Below are positions 35,614 through 43,941 of a DNA stretch of 48,672 nt, one piece after another (positions within the stretch are counted from its first letter, which is position 1; every line of letters starts with the position of its first letter). The notes under the pieces were generated by a model, which saw only the letters and a list, made by a program, of their open reading frames with translations, had not been told where the DNA came from and ran no database searches. This DNA is from Nanobdellota archaeon (GTDB lineage Archaea; Nanobdellota; Nanobdellia; SCGC-AAA011-G17; JACPIM01): assembly GCA_038045665.1 (NCBI GenBank), contig JBBSXW010000068.1:3251-51922 (forward strand). Reading direction: 5' to 3'. The translations under genes and the position numbers were made by a program.

Positions 35614-36385
35614 AAATTTTAATAAAGCAACATATTTTAAGGCTCTTGGGTTAGAGCTATTATTTCTATTGATTTTTTTCCTTATTTCAAAATTTTTCAT
35701 TTCTAAAATCTATAGCCTGATAGTAATCATCCAATCTATGCAGCAAAATATCGGTCAATTCGAAAATTTCGATATAGACAGCGCAGAGCTGTCAGAAATA
35801 CTCGAATTTAGAGAAATCGTCTCTCAAGTAAGCTCATCCTTAAACCAGCTAATACTTACATTAATAATATTTGCAGTTCTTATCTATCTAACCTACACAA
35901 TCATAAAGTCTGCCCAATGGAATATTATCCAGAATAATAAATTAACAAATTTCAAAAAATATTTTTTAAAATTCTCTATGCTTTCAATTTTCTTGCATGT
36001 AATATTAGCTGTTTTAATATTTAATATTCTAAAATACAGCAGAACCTTTCTAATCTCGTATATATTTGAAGGAAATTTCACTTATGCTCCATTCGTTAGG
36101 CTCATAATAATCGGTCTTATTCTAATCTTCGTATTTTACTTATTCTTCATCCTCTACATAAAGATAAACAAACTTTCACTATCACAATCATTCAAAGAGG
36201 CTTTCAAATTTAAAAAATTCCACTTGTTTTTCATATTTATCTTAATTTCGATAATGAGCGCTTTAATAGTAAGATACGGCCTAATACTCAGTTCTTCTGT
36301 CATAAGCATCTCAATCCAAGGCATTCTCGTCGCTTTCTTAATAACATGGTATAAGATATTCCTAAATAACCAGCTAGAAGCATAG
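35597..36385 (+). CDS. Polytopic membrane protein (about 6 TM), last gene of the operon
   Basis: Its start overlaps the giant gene's end by 17 nt. It is hydrophobic throughout. Confidence 0.55.
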   Translation: MKTLLKNFNKATYFKALGLELLFLLIFFLISKFFISKIYSLIVIIQSMQQNIGQFENFDIDSAELSEILEFREIVSQVSSSLNQLILTLIIFAVLIYLTYTIIKSAQWNIIQNNKLTNFKKYFLKFSMLSIFLHVILAVLIFNILKYSRTFLISYIFEGNFTYAPFVRLIIIGLILIFVFYLFFILYIKINKLSLSQSFKEAFKFKKFHLFFIFILISIMSALIVRYGLILSSSVISISIQGILVAFLITWYKIFLNNQLEA

Positions 36386-36467
36386 GTTCAACCCAATTTG
36401 AAGTTAAAAATATATTTATATATCCTAATATTAACAAAAAACCATGACAGAAAGCCACATACTTGTT

Positions 36468-38012
36468 TCACTGGAGCAGTCTCGGGAAATTAAGGAATCC
36501 TTCTTCATCACACGAAACTATTCGTGCAGTAGGTGGATTTTGTCCAGTGCATTGATAACAAACAGGATCTTCAATAGTACACACTAAATTCTCTGCATCA
36601 AAGGCAGTCTCAGGTCTGTCCCCAAACTTAAGATGCGGGGCCCAAGTAACCTCAATATTTGTTCTGCTTACTTTAATCTTTGATCCTGGAATAGCCGCAC
36701 TACAATAATTTGCAACCATCCTAGGCAACCCAAAAATTCCTAAAATCTGAGGTGTTCCCGCCCGACAAGAAACCAAAGTAGCATATCCTTCGTCGCAAAC
36801 AAGAGACCCAAAACTACCTCCACTATCGATAGCAGTCCCACGAGAATCTCCATGAGCCATAACTATTATTTTTTTGAATTTACCAGCATTATTAATTCTT
36901 GTTTCTGGATTATAAACTACATTATCCATCCCATCGAAATCTGGCACATAGACCCCAAAAGTACATGGACCATTCTCATTTTGTATTTGATTATATATAA
37001 AGATTTGATAGTTTAGCAATCCATCAAAAACCGGATCGCCAAATATCACCAAAACAGAATTACTGCAATCGCACTCTTCTGGCACTCCGACACGTGGATC
37101 TAGCCAACGAATAATATCTAAACCCTCAGCTTCTCCCCACGTATAAACCCACCTATACTCACATCGTCCTGGAATTGATCCACAACTCTGTGGAAAATTG
37201 CTCCGTATCTTATCACAGCACCACTCAGTAAAAGAACGTGCACCAGGCATTGCACCAGAACAATGAAGTTGTTCATCTCCGCATTCTAATTCTTCACTAT
37301 CATCTTCCGGACTTTCGCAATGTGGGTCTGGTCTATCGCTACTGAAGTCTATCGTTAAATCACCATCGTTATCAACACCATCGCTACATTCAGATTGATC
37401 ATCAACAATTGTACTAATACATTCAATAAGAACTTCAGTAAAAATAACTCCTACACAACCAGGATTAGGATTAGCAACCCACCTCCATTCTGTTATAGGC
37501 TCACAATCAGATCTTTCATCACAAATAGCTAGAGAGGCAACTTCATTACATGGGGCCTCGTCATTACTTATGCTTGGTCCACCAATATTAGGAGGCATAG
37601 CATTATCATTATCTCTTTCTACAGCAATACCTCTAACTGCCGTAGCGCCCCCATCACTGCAATAAACCTTCCTTTCTCCTGTAAATGGAAAAGTAACAGT
37701 TCCTTCTTCATTTTCTCTCGTTATTATACTGTAAACATTATCATCTTTTGTTGAATCTTCATAAATAGCATTAGGATAAAATTCAGCAGGAAAAGGATAC
37801 GAAGGAGTTGCCTCTTTTATACTAACAATTCCATTAGAATCCCTATAAACATAAGCATTACCTATAACATTATTATTTAAGTCAAATATCTCAACAACAC
37901 ATACATCTTCATCAACAACTTTTCCCGTTATATTATCAAAATTAAAAAAGAAGCTAAAACTCACAAGAAGAATTAAAACAATGAAATAAATATTAGCATA
38001 ACCTCTTTTCAT
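36468..38012 (-). CDS. Secreted Cys-rich protein with DNDGD metal-binding-like motif and candidate clan-CD (caspase/gingipain-like) His-Cys dyad
   Basis: N-terminus MKRGYANIYFIVLILLVSF. ECSDGVDNDGDLTIDF motif. Hydrophobic strand + HG (KKIIVMAHGDSRG), then about 30 aa later hydrophobic strand + SC (ATLVSCRAGT). About 35 Cys in total. Confidence 0.4.
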   Translation of the reverse strand: MKRGYANIYFIVLILLVSFSFFFNFDNITGKVVDEDVCVVEIFDLNNNVIGNAYVYRDSNGIVSIKEATPSYPFPAEFYPNAIYEDSTKDDNVYSIITRENEEGTVTFPFTGERKVYCSDGGATAVRGIAVERDNDNAMPPNIGGPSISNDEAPCNEVASLAICDERSDCEPITEWRWVANPNPGCVGVIFTEVLIECISTIVDDQSECSDGVDNDGDLTIDFSSDRPDPHCESPEDDSEELECGDEQLHCSGAMPGARSFTEWCCDKIRSNFPQSCGSIPGRCEYRWVYTWGEAEGLDIIRWLDPRVGVPEECDCSNSVLVIFGDPVFDGLLNYQIFIYNQIQNENGPCTFGVYVPDFDGMDNVVYNPETRINNAGKFKKIIVMAHGDSRGTAIDSGGSFGSLVCDEGYATLVSCRAGTPQILGIFGLPRMVANYCSAAIPGSKIKVSRTNIEVTWAPHLKFGDRPETAFDAENLVCTIEDPVCYQCTGQNPPTARIVSCDEEGFLNFPRLLQ

Positions 38013-38144
38013 CTAATAACATCTAAATGAGATTTATTTAAACTTTTCTGATCTGCCCAAAATAAAGTCCTAAAATTTAAGTAAGGTTTATAAAATTTAT
38101 TAAAGCTACATACAAATTTATTTAACCATAAGGAGGATTAAAAA

Positions 38145-38879
38145 ATGAAAGCTAACAATATTATAACCATAGTTGCAATAATAGCTCTCGTTATAGCAGT
38201 AATTTTCTTATCTATAAATAAGTTGCCAGCATCAGACCTAGAAAAAGAGACATTATCTGCAACAGGAACATCAAGCATTAAAACATTGCCTGATCAAGCT
38301 AAAATTTACATAGGCATAGAAACATTAAGCGATAATGCAGAACAAAGTAAAGAAGAAAACAACAGAATCACAGAACAAGTAAGTAATGAGATTTACAATA
38401 TTAATATTCCAAGAAGCGAAGTCAAAACGCAAAACTTCAATGTTTATCCAGATTACGAATATTACCCAAAGCAAAAGCTTAAAGGATTCAAAACTACTAA
38501 TAGCCTTATTATAACAACAACAGATTTCATAAAAGTAGGCCAAATAGTAGACGCAGCAGTAAAAGGCGGAGCAACCAGAATAAATAACATACAATTTGAA
38601 CTGTCTGAAGAAAAGCAAGCAGAAGTAAAGAAAGAGGCCTTAAAGAAGGCATCAGAAGATGCAAGAGAAAAAGCATTATCCATAGCCGAAGGATTAAATG
38701 TTAAACTTGGAAAACTTAAGTCAGTAAGCTCGCAGGATTACTACTATTTGCCATACAGAGCATTCGAAGGTGCAACTTTAGCAGCAGAAGACGCCCAATC
38801 AGAAATAGCAAAAACAACAATCATACCAACAGAGCTTGAAACAACTGCATCAGTAGTAGTCGCATTTGAAATAAGTTAA
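38145..38879 (+). CDS. SIMPL/DUF541-family protein, membrane-anchored
   Basis: N-terminal TM (IITIVAIIALVIAVIFL). Overall pattern (...KIYIGIETLSDNAEQSKEENNRITEQV...VKTQNFNVYPDY...KGFKTTNSLIITT...) is typical of SIMPL / 26-kDa periplasmic immunogenic proteins. Strong SD AAGGAGG. Confidence 0.6.
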   Translation: MKANNIITIVAIIALVIAVIFLSINKLPASDLEKETLSATGTSSIKTLPDQAKIYIGIETLSDNAEQSKEENNRITEQVSNEIYNINIPRSEVKTQNFNVYPDYEYYPKQKLKGFKTTNSLIITTTDFIKVGQIVDAAVKGGATRINNIQFELSEEKQAEVKKEALKKASEDAREKALSIAEGLNVKLGKLKSVSSQDYYYLPYRAFEGATLAAEDAQSEIAKTTIIPTELETTASVVVAFEIS

Positions 38880-38936
38880 TCAAAAAAACTTTTTTCTTTT
38901 TTTAAACAAACGCACAACAAAGTATTTATATCCCAA

Positions 38937-39836
38937 GTGCATCATTCTAGCATGCACAAAGAGGTTTACCAGATTGGTGTCATCTGCACACCAAAAGGAA
39001 ATGCAACAGAAAAATTTCTTTTTCCCCTCATTAAGAAAAAATTTGATGTAGTCTTCTTTCCTTTGCATAACGATATTGATTATGACGATTTGAAGAAAAA
39101 ATCTGAGTCTCTTCGCGTTGTCTTGAACACTGCTGGAGATATTCCCTATGCTTTTGATGCTCTTGAGATGATTAAAACATTTGAAGGTTTTGGGAAGCAC
39201 GTTATTGATTCTTCAAAATCTTTTTATTATCGAGAAGATAAATGGCTGTTTTATCAAACGTGTTTGAAGCATCATCTGCCTACACCAAAATCATATTATA
39301 TCCCGAGGAATATTAACTTATTGAGAGGAAAATTGCGCAATATCTTGAAAGAAGGACCTGTTGTCTTTAAAGGTATTTTTTCTGATACAGGAAGAGACGT
39401 GAAAAGAGCCTCTACATATTCAGAAGCATTAAGAGCCGTGAGTATTTTGAGAAAGCATATTGGAACAATGCCAATAGTTGCCCAGAAGTATATAGAACAC
39501 GGAACAATAAGTTATCGCGTTACGCTGGTAGGCGATCATATTGTTCAAGCAATCACTAAATACGGAAAAACATGGAAAGAGGGAAAATTATTTTGGAAGA
39601 ACGAAAAATACCGCTTGTTTATCCCGGATAAATTTGTTACTGAGCTATGTAAAAAAACAGCCAGAATTTTTGGGCTAGAGTGGTGTGGCATTGATTTAAT
39701 GAAGGATTCAGAAGGGCAATGGTACTTGATTGAAGTAAATAGCTGCCCAAGCATGGATTTTATAATAAGAGATGCAAAGCGCGCTTCTGAAGAACTTGTA
39801 GATTATTTGTTAAATGTTCATAAAAAGACAATTTAA
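38937..39836 (+). CDS. ATP-grasp ligase, RimK/LysX-like
   Basis: C-terminal ATP-grasp block WCGIDLMKDSEGQWYLIEVNSCPSMDF and a central VVFKGIFSDTGRDV. The start may be the internal ATG at 38952. Confidence 0.6.
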   Translation: MHHSSMHKEVYQIGVICTPKGNATEKFLFPLIKKKFDVVFFPLHNDIDYDDLKKKSESLRVVLNTAGDIPYAFDALEMIKTFEGFGKHVIDSSKSFYYREDKWLFYQTCLKHHLPTPKSYYIPRNINLLRGKLRNILKEGPVVFKGIFSDTGRDVKRASTYSEALRAVSILRKHIGTMPIVAQKYIEHGTISYRVTLVGDHIVQAITKYGKTWKEGKLFWKNEKYRLFIPDKFVTELCKKTARIFGLEWCGIDLMKDSEGQWYLIEVNSCPSMDFIIRDAKRASEELVDYLLNVHKKTI

Positions 39837-39839
39837 GCA

Positions 39840-39968
39840 TTATTTTTTATCAGCCTTTTTTCTGAGCCATTCTGCATATTTCTCAACAAACTCTAATCTC
39901 TCTTTCCTATTTCTTTCTACGCTTTCTCTTATTTCATCTAAATCTATTTTTAAATTTTTTTTATTCAT
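39840..39968 (-). CDS. 42-aa helical ORF coupled to the upstream nucleotidyltransferase gene
   Basis: MNKKNLKIDLDEIRESVERNRKERLEFVEKYAEWLRKKADKK*. Its ATG overlaps the upstream stop (ATGA). Confidence 0.3.
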   Translation of the reverse strand: MNKKNLKIDLDEIRESVERNRKERLEFVEKYAEWLRKKADKK

Positions 39969-40567
39969 CTTACTATTCGGTCTATAACCTCTACTTTGAC
40001 CTTTAATTCATTACAAAAATGTATAATCTCTTCCATATTTAAATATTTTCTAAAAAATATCCATAAATGTCTCGCATCTTCTAAATCCTTATCACTGCCC
40101 AAATATAACTTAAAAGCTATTTGTAGCTCTAATACAGAAGTATTTATCCTATATTCTTGGTTTACCTCAATTATCAATTTGTTATTTAAACAAAAAATGT
40201 CTAGTGAGGTTTTAACAAACTTGAGCTCAATATTTGGTATGTATTCTCCCTCTCTTGAAAACCTCAAACCGCTACCATTAACAAGATAATCGTAAGCATC
40301 ATTAAAATCTTTCGTGTTCAAGCATTCGTACTTCTGTATCAAAGTTCTCCATACAAGAGTAAACTTCTCTAAGGATAACCTATTTATAAAAAAATCAACG
40401 TCTTCCGTATTCCTGCTCCTGCCAAAAAGTATTGCAATGTAACCAGAGATTATCACATAGTCTATATTTAGTTTATCTAATACGCTAACGAACTCTTTAA
40501 CAAAAAAGTCCAAGCTATCGATTTTTTTATCCAAGTAGATAATCTTGCCTTTAACTTTAAATTGCAT
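39965..40567 (-). CDS. Nucleotidyltransferase-fold protein (AbiEii/DUF6036-like)
   Basis: ISGYIAILFGRSRNTEDVDFFI matches the G-x-A..yG..R.T.D(I/V)Df minimal NTase signature of AbiEii-type toxins. Confidence 0.45.
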   Translation of the reverse strand: MQFKVKGKIIYLDKKIDSLDFFVKEFVSVLDKLNIDYVIISGYIAILFGRSRNTEDVDFFINRLSLEKFTLVWRTLIQKYECLNTKDFNDAYDYLVNGSGLRFSREGEYIPNIELKFVKTSLDIFCLNNKLIIEVNQEYRINTSVLELQIAFKLYLGSDKDLEDARHLWIFFRKYLNMEEIIHFCNELKVKVEVIDRIVR

Positions 40568-40613
40568 TTATATCGCATAGGTAACAATCATTAATAAACA
40601 TTTACATAATAAT

Positions 40614-40801
40614 TGCGGGGAGGAGGACTTCCGTCAAGGTTGCAGGTTGATAAGGATGCAATCCTTATGTTCGAACCTCCGTAGGCACTAAGCCAATAGG
40701 TCCTAAGCTTGGACTTCAAATGAATCTATCCCGTCTGGTCAAGTTTCTTTCCCAAGGCTTTCTTCTTAAGAAAGGCTTTTTGACCGCTCCGGCATCCCCG
40801 C
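40614..40801 (-). tRNA. tRNA-Leu(UAG) with three BHB introns (plus-strand coordinates 40735-40779, 40709-40725, 40628-40669)
   Basis: Spliced model (84 nt, minus strand): GCGGGGA-TG-CCG-GAGCGGTCAAA-CGG-G-ATAGG-CTTAGGA-CCTAT-TGGCTTAGTGCCTAC-GGAGG-TTCGAAT-CCTCC-TCCCCGC-A.
- D-loop intron (45 nt): helix GGTC/GACC, bulges AAA/AGA.
- Anticodon-stem intron (17 nt, position 30/31): helix GGAT/GTCC, bulges AGA/AAG, inner helix TTC/GAA.
- T-loop intron (42 nt, position 59/60): helix TTCG/CGGA, bulges AAC/AGT. Confidence 0.72.
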
Positions 40802-40901
40802 GCTACATTAAATCTGTCATAAAGGCCTCATAAAAACCTTGCGGTAATTATAAAAAACATTAAAAACTAAGCTATTTCTACAAATAAGAAGAGGTATTCA
40901 A

Positions 40902-41993
40902 ATGCAAGTAGATCCTTGGTCATTAACAGCCATAAAAGACTATTCAAAACTAATGAAAGAATTCGGAGTTGACGACTTCTCAGACTATGCTAAAAAGTTA
41001 CCAAATGCCCCTCTAGAGATAAAAAGAAATCTCGTAATAGGTCATAAAAACTTTGAAAAAATTTACGAATGCATTAAGAAAAAAAGCAAATTCGCAATAC
41101 TGACAGGATTAATGCCATCTGGCTCATTTCATCTAGGCCACATGTCAGTTATCAATCAGGTAATATACTATCAAAAGTTAGGAGCAAAAATCTATTTATT
41201 GGCAGCAGATATAGAAACCCAATTAACAAGAAACATCTCACAAGAACAAGCAAGAAAAATAGCCATTGAAGAATATCTAACTAATTACTTTGCCTTGGGA
41301 GTGTCAACAAAGAACCTTGAGTTTTATTTTCAGTCAGACGGTCCAAAACTAAAAACAAAAGAATACGTAAACCTAAGTAAGCTAGCCTCAGCAAAAACCA
41401 CGTTCAATGAAATAAAAGCAATCTATGGAGAAATCTCGCCACAAAAATTAATCTCTGCTTTAACACAGGTGGCAGATATTCTCTACCCTCAATTAGAAGG
41501 TTACAAAGCAACGCTAACCCCAATTGGATTTGACCAGTTGAATCACGCAAATTTGGTTCGTGACCTTGCATCCAGAATGAAATTCAGTCTCCCAAGCTTC
41601 ACGTTCCATAAGCTATTGCCTGGTTTAAAAGGCATGTCATCCAAAATGTCATCCTCAGATCCAAATAATGCAATCTTTTTAACAGACTCCCCAAAAACAG
41701 TAGAATTAAAAATTAAAAAATATGCATTCTCAGGCGGTCAAGCTACTGAAGAAGAACACAAGAAAAAAGGCGGCAACCCCGAAATAGATATTTCATTCAT
41801 TTATCTGAAAACAACATTCGAGCAAGATGATAAAAAATTAGAAAAAATCTACAATGACTACAAATCAGGCAAACTCCTAACATCAGAACTAAAGCAAATT
41901 GCAATAGACAAGATAAATTCATTCCTAAAAACGCATCAAAAAAACAGAGAAAAAGCAAGAAAACAAGTAGATAAATTGTTGCAAAAAAGTTAA
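40902..41993 (+). CDS. trpS: Tryptophanyl-tRNA synthetase (archaeal/eukaryal type)
   Basis: HIGH-type motif (PSGSFHLGH), KMSKS-type motif (KMSSS), and the FSGGQATEEEHKKKGGNPEIDISFIYL block typical of archaeal TrpRS. Confidence 0.85.
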   Translation: MQVDPWSLTAIKDYSKLMKEFGVDDFSDYAKKLPNAPLEIKRNLVIGHKNFEKIYECIKKKSKFAILTGLMPSGSFHLGHMSVINQVIYYQKLGAKIYLLAADIETQLTRNISQEQARKIAIEEYLTNYFALGVSTKNLEFYFQSDGPKLKTKEYVNLSKLASAKTTFNEIKAIYGEISPQKLISALTQVADILYPQLEGYKATLTPIGFDQLNHANLVRDLASRMKFSLPSFTFHKLLPGLKGMSSKMSSSDPNNAIFLTDSPKTVELKIKKYAFSGGQATEEEHKKKGGNPEIDISFIYLKTTFEQDDKKLEKIYNDYKSGKLLTSELKQIAIDKINSFLKTHQKNREKARKQVDKLLQKS

Positions 41994-41995
41994 GA

Positions 41996-42187
41996 TTATT
42001 TTTTCCTTCTACCCCAGCTTGGAATCTTTTTCTGCCAAGAATACTTTCTCATTTTTTTAGTCTTACCATATCCGCAATGACTGCAAACGCCACTTTTCTT
42101 ATGATAGCTAGATCTTCCGCATCTTCTGCAAGGATAATGCAGTTTAGCCCTCCCCTTCAAGCCCTTTGACGCAGTTCCCTTTACCAC
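41996..42187 (-). CDS. rpl37e: Ribosomal protein L37e
   Basis: VKGTASKGLKG...CRRCG...CSHCGY zinc ribbon; GTG start. Confidence 0.9.
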   Translation of the reverse strand: MVKGTASKGLKGRAKLHYPCRRCGRSSYHKKSGVCSHCGYGKTKKMRKYSWQKKIPSWGRRKK

Positions 42188-42240
42188 AACTAACTCACTT
42201 TTAAATCATTTTAAAAATCTTCCGCTAAAGAACTAGCTGC

Positions 42241-42465
42241 TTACTGGGGCGAAATCAAGATTATAGTATCTCCCCTTAAAAAAACAGTTCCTATCTTCCT
42301 TATTACCTGATTATCCATACGCTCCTCTGCATTGTCTAATACTGTATTGATATGTATGTCAAAAGCCTTCAACGTTCCTGCAAACTGTTTTCCATTCTTC
42401 AATTCTACTAGCACTGTCTTTCCTCGTGACTGGTTCAATGAATCTAGTGGTCTGTCAGAGTCCAT
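42241..42465 (-). CDS. Sm-like archaeal protein (SmAP/LSm)
   Basis: Sm1/Sm2 motifs (VLVELKNGKQFAGTLKAFDIHINTVL ... VFLRGDTIILI), in the conserved pairing with L37e. Confidence 0.9.
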   Translation of the reverse strand: MDSDRPLDSLNQSRGKTVLVELKNGKQFAGTLKAFDIHINTVLDNAEERMDNQVIRKIGTVFLRGDTIILISPQ

Positions 42466-42574
42466 AAATTAAAAACCCCCATAAAAAACCGCATATAAGC
42501 TGCTTTAAAAATCTTTGTATTTAAAATATTAATTATCGCTATCTATTTATATCTTGACTTCTCTAAATATCTAA

Positions 42575-43912
42575 ATGAAAAGGGGACTATCGCCATTAAT
42601 CTCAACAGTAATCCTGATTGCATTGGTAGTAGTAGTCTTTGTCATAACAGGCTCTTGGTTCAGGCAATTTTCAGAGGAAATACTAAGAGTTACAGGAAAA
42701 GAGTCAGCAAAGCAAATAACCTGCTCATCCCCAGAAGTTTTTCTAGAAATTGACACTGCATGCTACAATCAAGATGAAGCAATTCTTGTCTTAGGAGCAG
42801 GAAAACTCAAATTTGAAAATTTTATCATAGCATTGTCATCAAATGAGCAAGTTACATTAGAAACAACAAGCGGTTTAGATCAATTCAAAATAAAAAAATT
42901 CACGCTAAGTACAGACTCTCAAGATTTAACAGACGAGTCAAGAGAAAAGTTAGAAAGTATAGACTTTACAAAAACTCAGCAAATAAAGGTAGTGCCTCAA
43001 ATTATAAACGAAAATGAATTAGCCGTATGCCAAAACCTGATAAAAACAAAAACAAATATAGAATGCTGCAAAGGGGGAAATGCTTGTGGTTGCTCAGATA
43101 ATTCAGACTGCGCCAACAATTTCCCTAATAATATCTGTGATAATAGCTTTTGTGTCGAATGCGGAAATGATAACGATTGTGAAAATGATCCAAATAAACC
43201 AGACCATTGCGATACCACAAATAAAAGGTGCGTAGAGTGTTTAGAGAATCAGCATTGCCAGCAAGAAGAACAGTGCATTGATAATCAATGCGTACAGCAA
43301 CTTAGTTGCAATGATATAGGCTCATCAGATTATAATGTCATAGAAGGAACCCCAGAATCATTATGCCTAACTGATAGAGAAGTAAGATTAAAGATAAATA
43401 GCATTTCAAACGAGATAGAAGATTTCAAGATAAAAATAAAAGACAGCTCACAAACTCAAATCTATGATAGTATTATTTCAATTTCTAATGGAGAAACTAC
43501 TTTACCAAATGTAATGTATCACGATAGTTTTCAAACAAATAACTTTTTAGACAATATAGAAATAATTCCAAGAATAAACGGACAAAATGGAATTGAAGAA
43601 TGTCCAAATGCCGCCTTAATAAAAACTCTTAAAGTTGCTGACAATATTGCAATATGCTGTGATAAGAGTATAGAATGCAATCAAAACGGAGAACCGCAAG
43701 GCTCTCAAAGTTGCTGTGACAGAGACTGTGGCAATAATCCTTTTACTGCATCTGCTATAAAAAAATTAGGAGATCCATTTGAAGAAGAAGACCAATGCAA
43801 CCCATTTGACACAAACAAATTAAATGAGAAAATTTGTGATGAAATTATAGAAAATGATTGCTGGGTGTATAATGAAGCCCAATGTCAAAATAACAAATGC
43901 TTAGCCCAATAA
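42575..43912 (+). CDS. Archaeal type IV pilin-like protein with large Cys-rich C-terminal region
   Basis: N-terminus MKRGLSPLISTVILIALVVVVFV matches the archaeal pilin/flagellin N-terminal (DUF361-type) class III signal. The C-terminal half has repeated CxxxxDC/CxxC modules (CVECGNDNDCENDPNKPDHCD...CVECLENQHCQ...). Confidence 0.7.
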   Translation: MKRGLSPLISTVILIALVVVVFVITGSWFRQFSEEILRVTGKESAKQITCSSPEVFLEIDTACYNQDEAILVLGAGKLKFENFIIALSSNEQVTLETTSGLDQFKIKKFTLSTDSQDLTDESREKLESIDFTKTQQIKVVPQIINENELAVCQNLIKTKTNIECCKGGNACGCSDNSDCANNFPNNICDNSFCVECGNDNDCENDPNKPDHCDTTNKRCVECLENQHCQQEEQCIDNQCVQQLSCNDIGSSDYNVIEGTPESLCLTDREVRLKINSISNEIEDFKIKIKDSSQTQIYDSIISISNGETTLPNVMYHDSFQTNNFLDNIEIIPRINGQNGIEECPNAALIKTLKVADNIAICCDKSIECNQNGEPQGSQSCCDRDCGNNPFTASAIKKLGDPFEEEDQCNPFDTNKLNEKICDEIIENDCWVYNEAQCQNNKCLAQ

Positions 43913-43941
43913 ATATAAATAACAAGACTAAACACATTAGA

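Noticed and set aside
27288-40801. Region between tRNA-Val and tRNA-Leu as an integrated element or provirus
   Set aside because: I found no integrase, recombinase, capsid or terminase-like genes. I also found no direct repeat of either tRNA 3' end. The accessory character (surface proteins, NTase) is real, but integration is unsupported.
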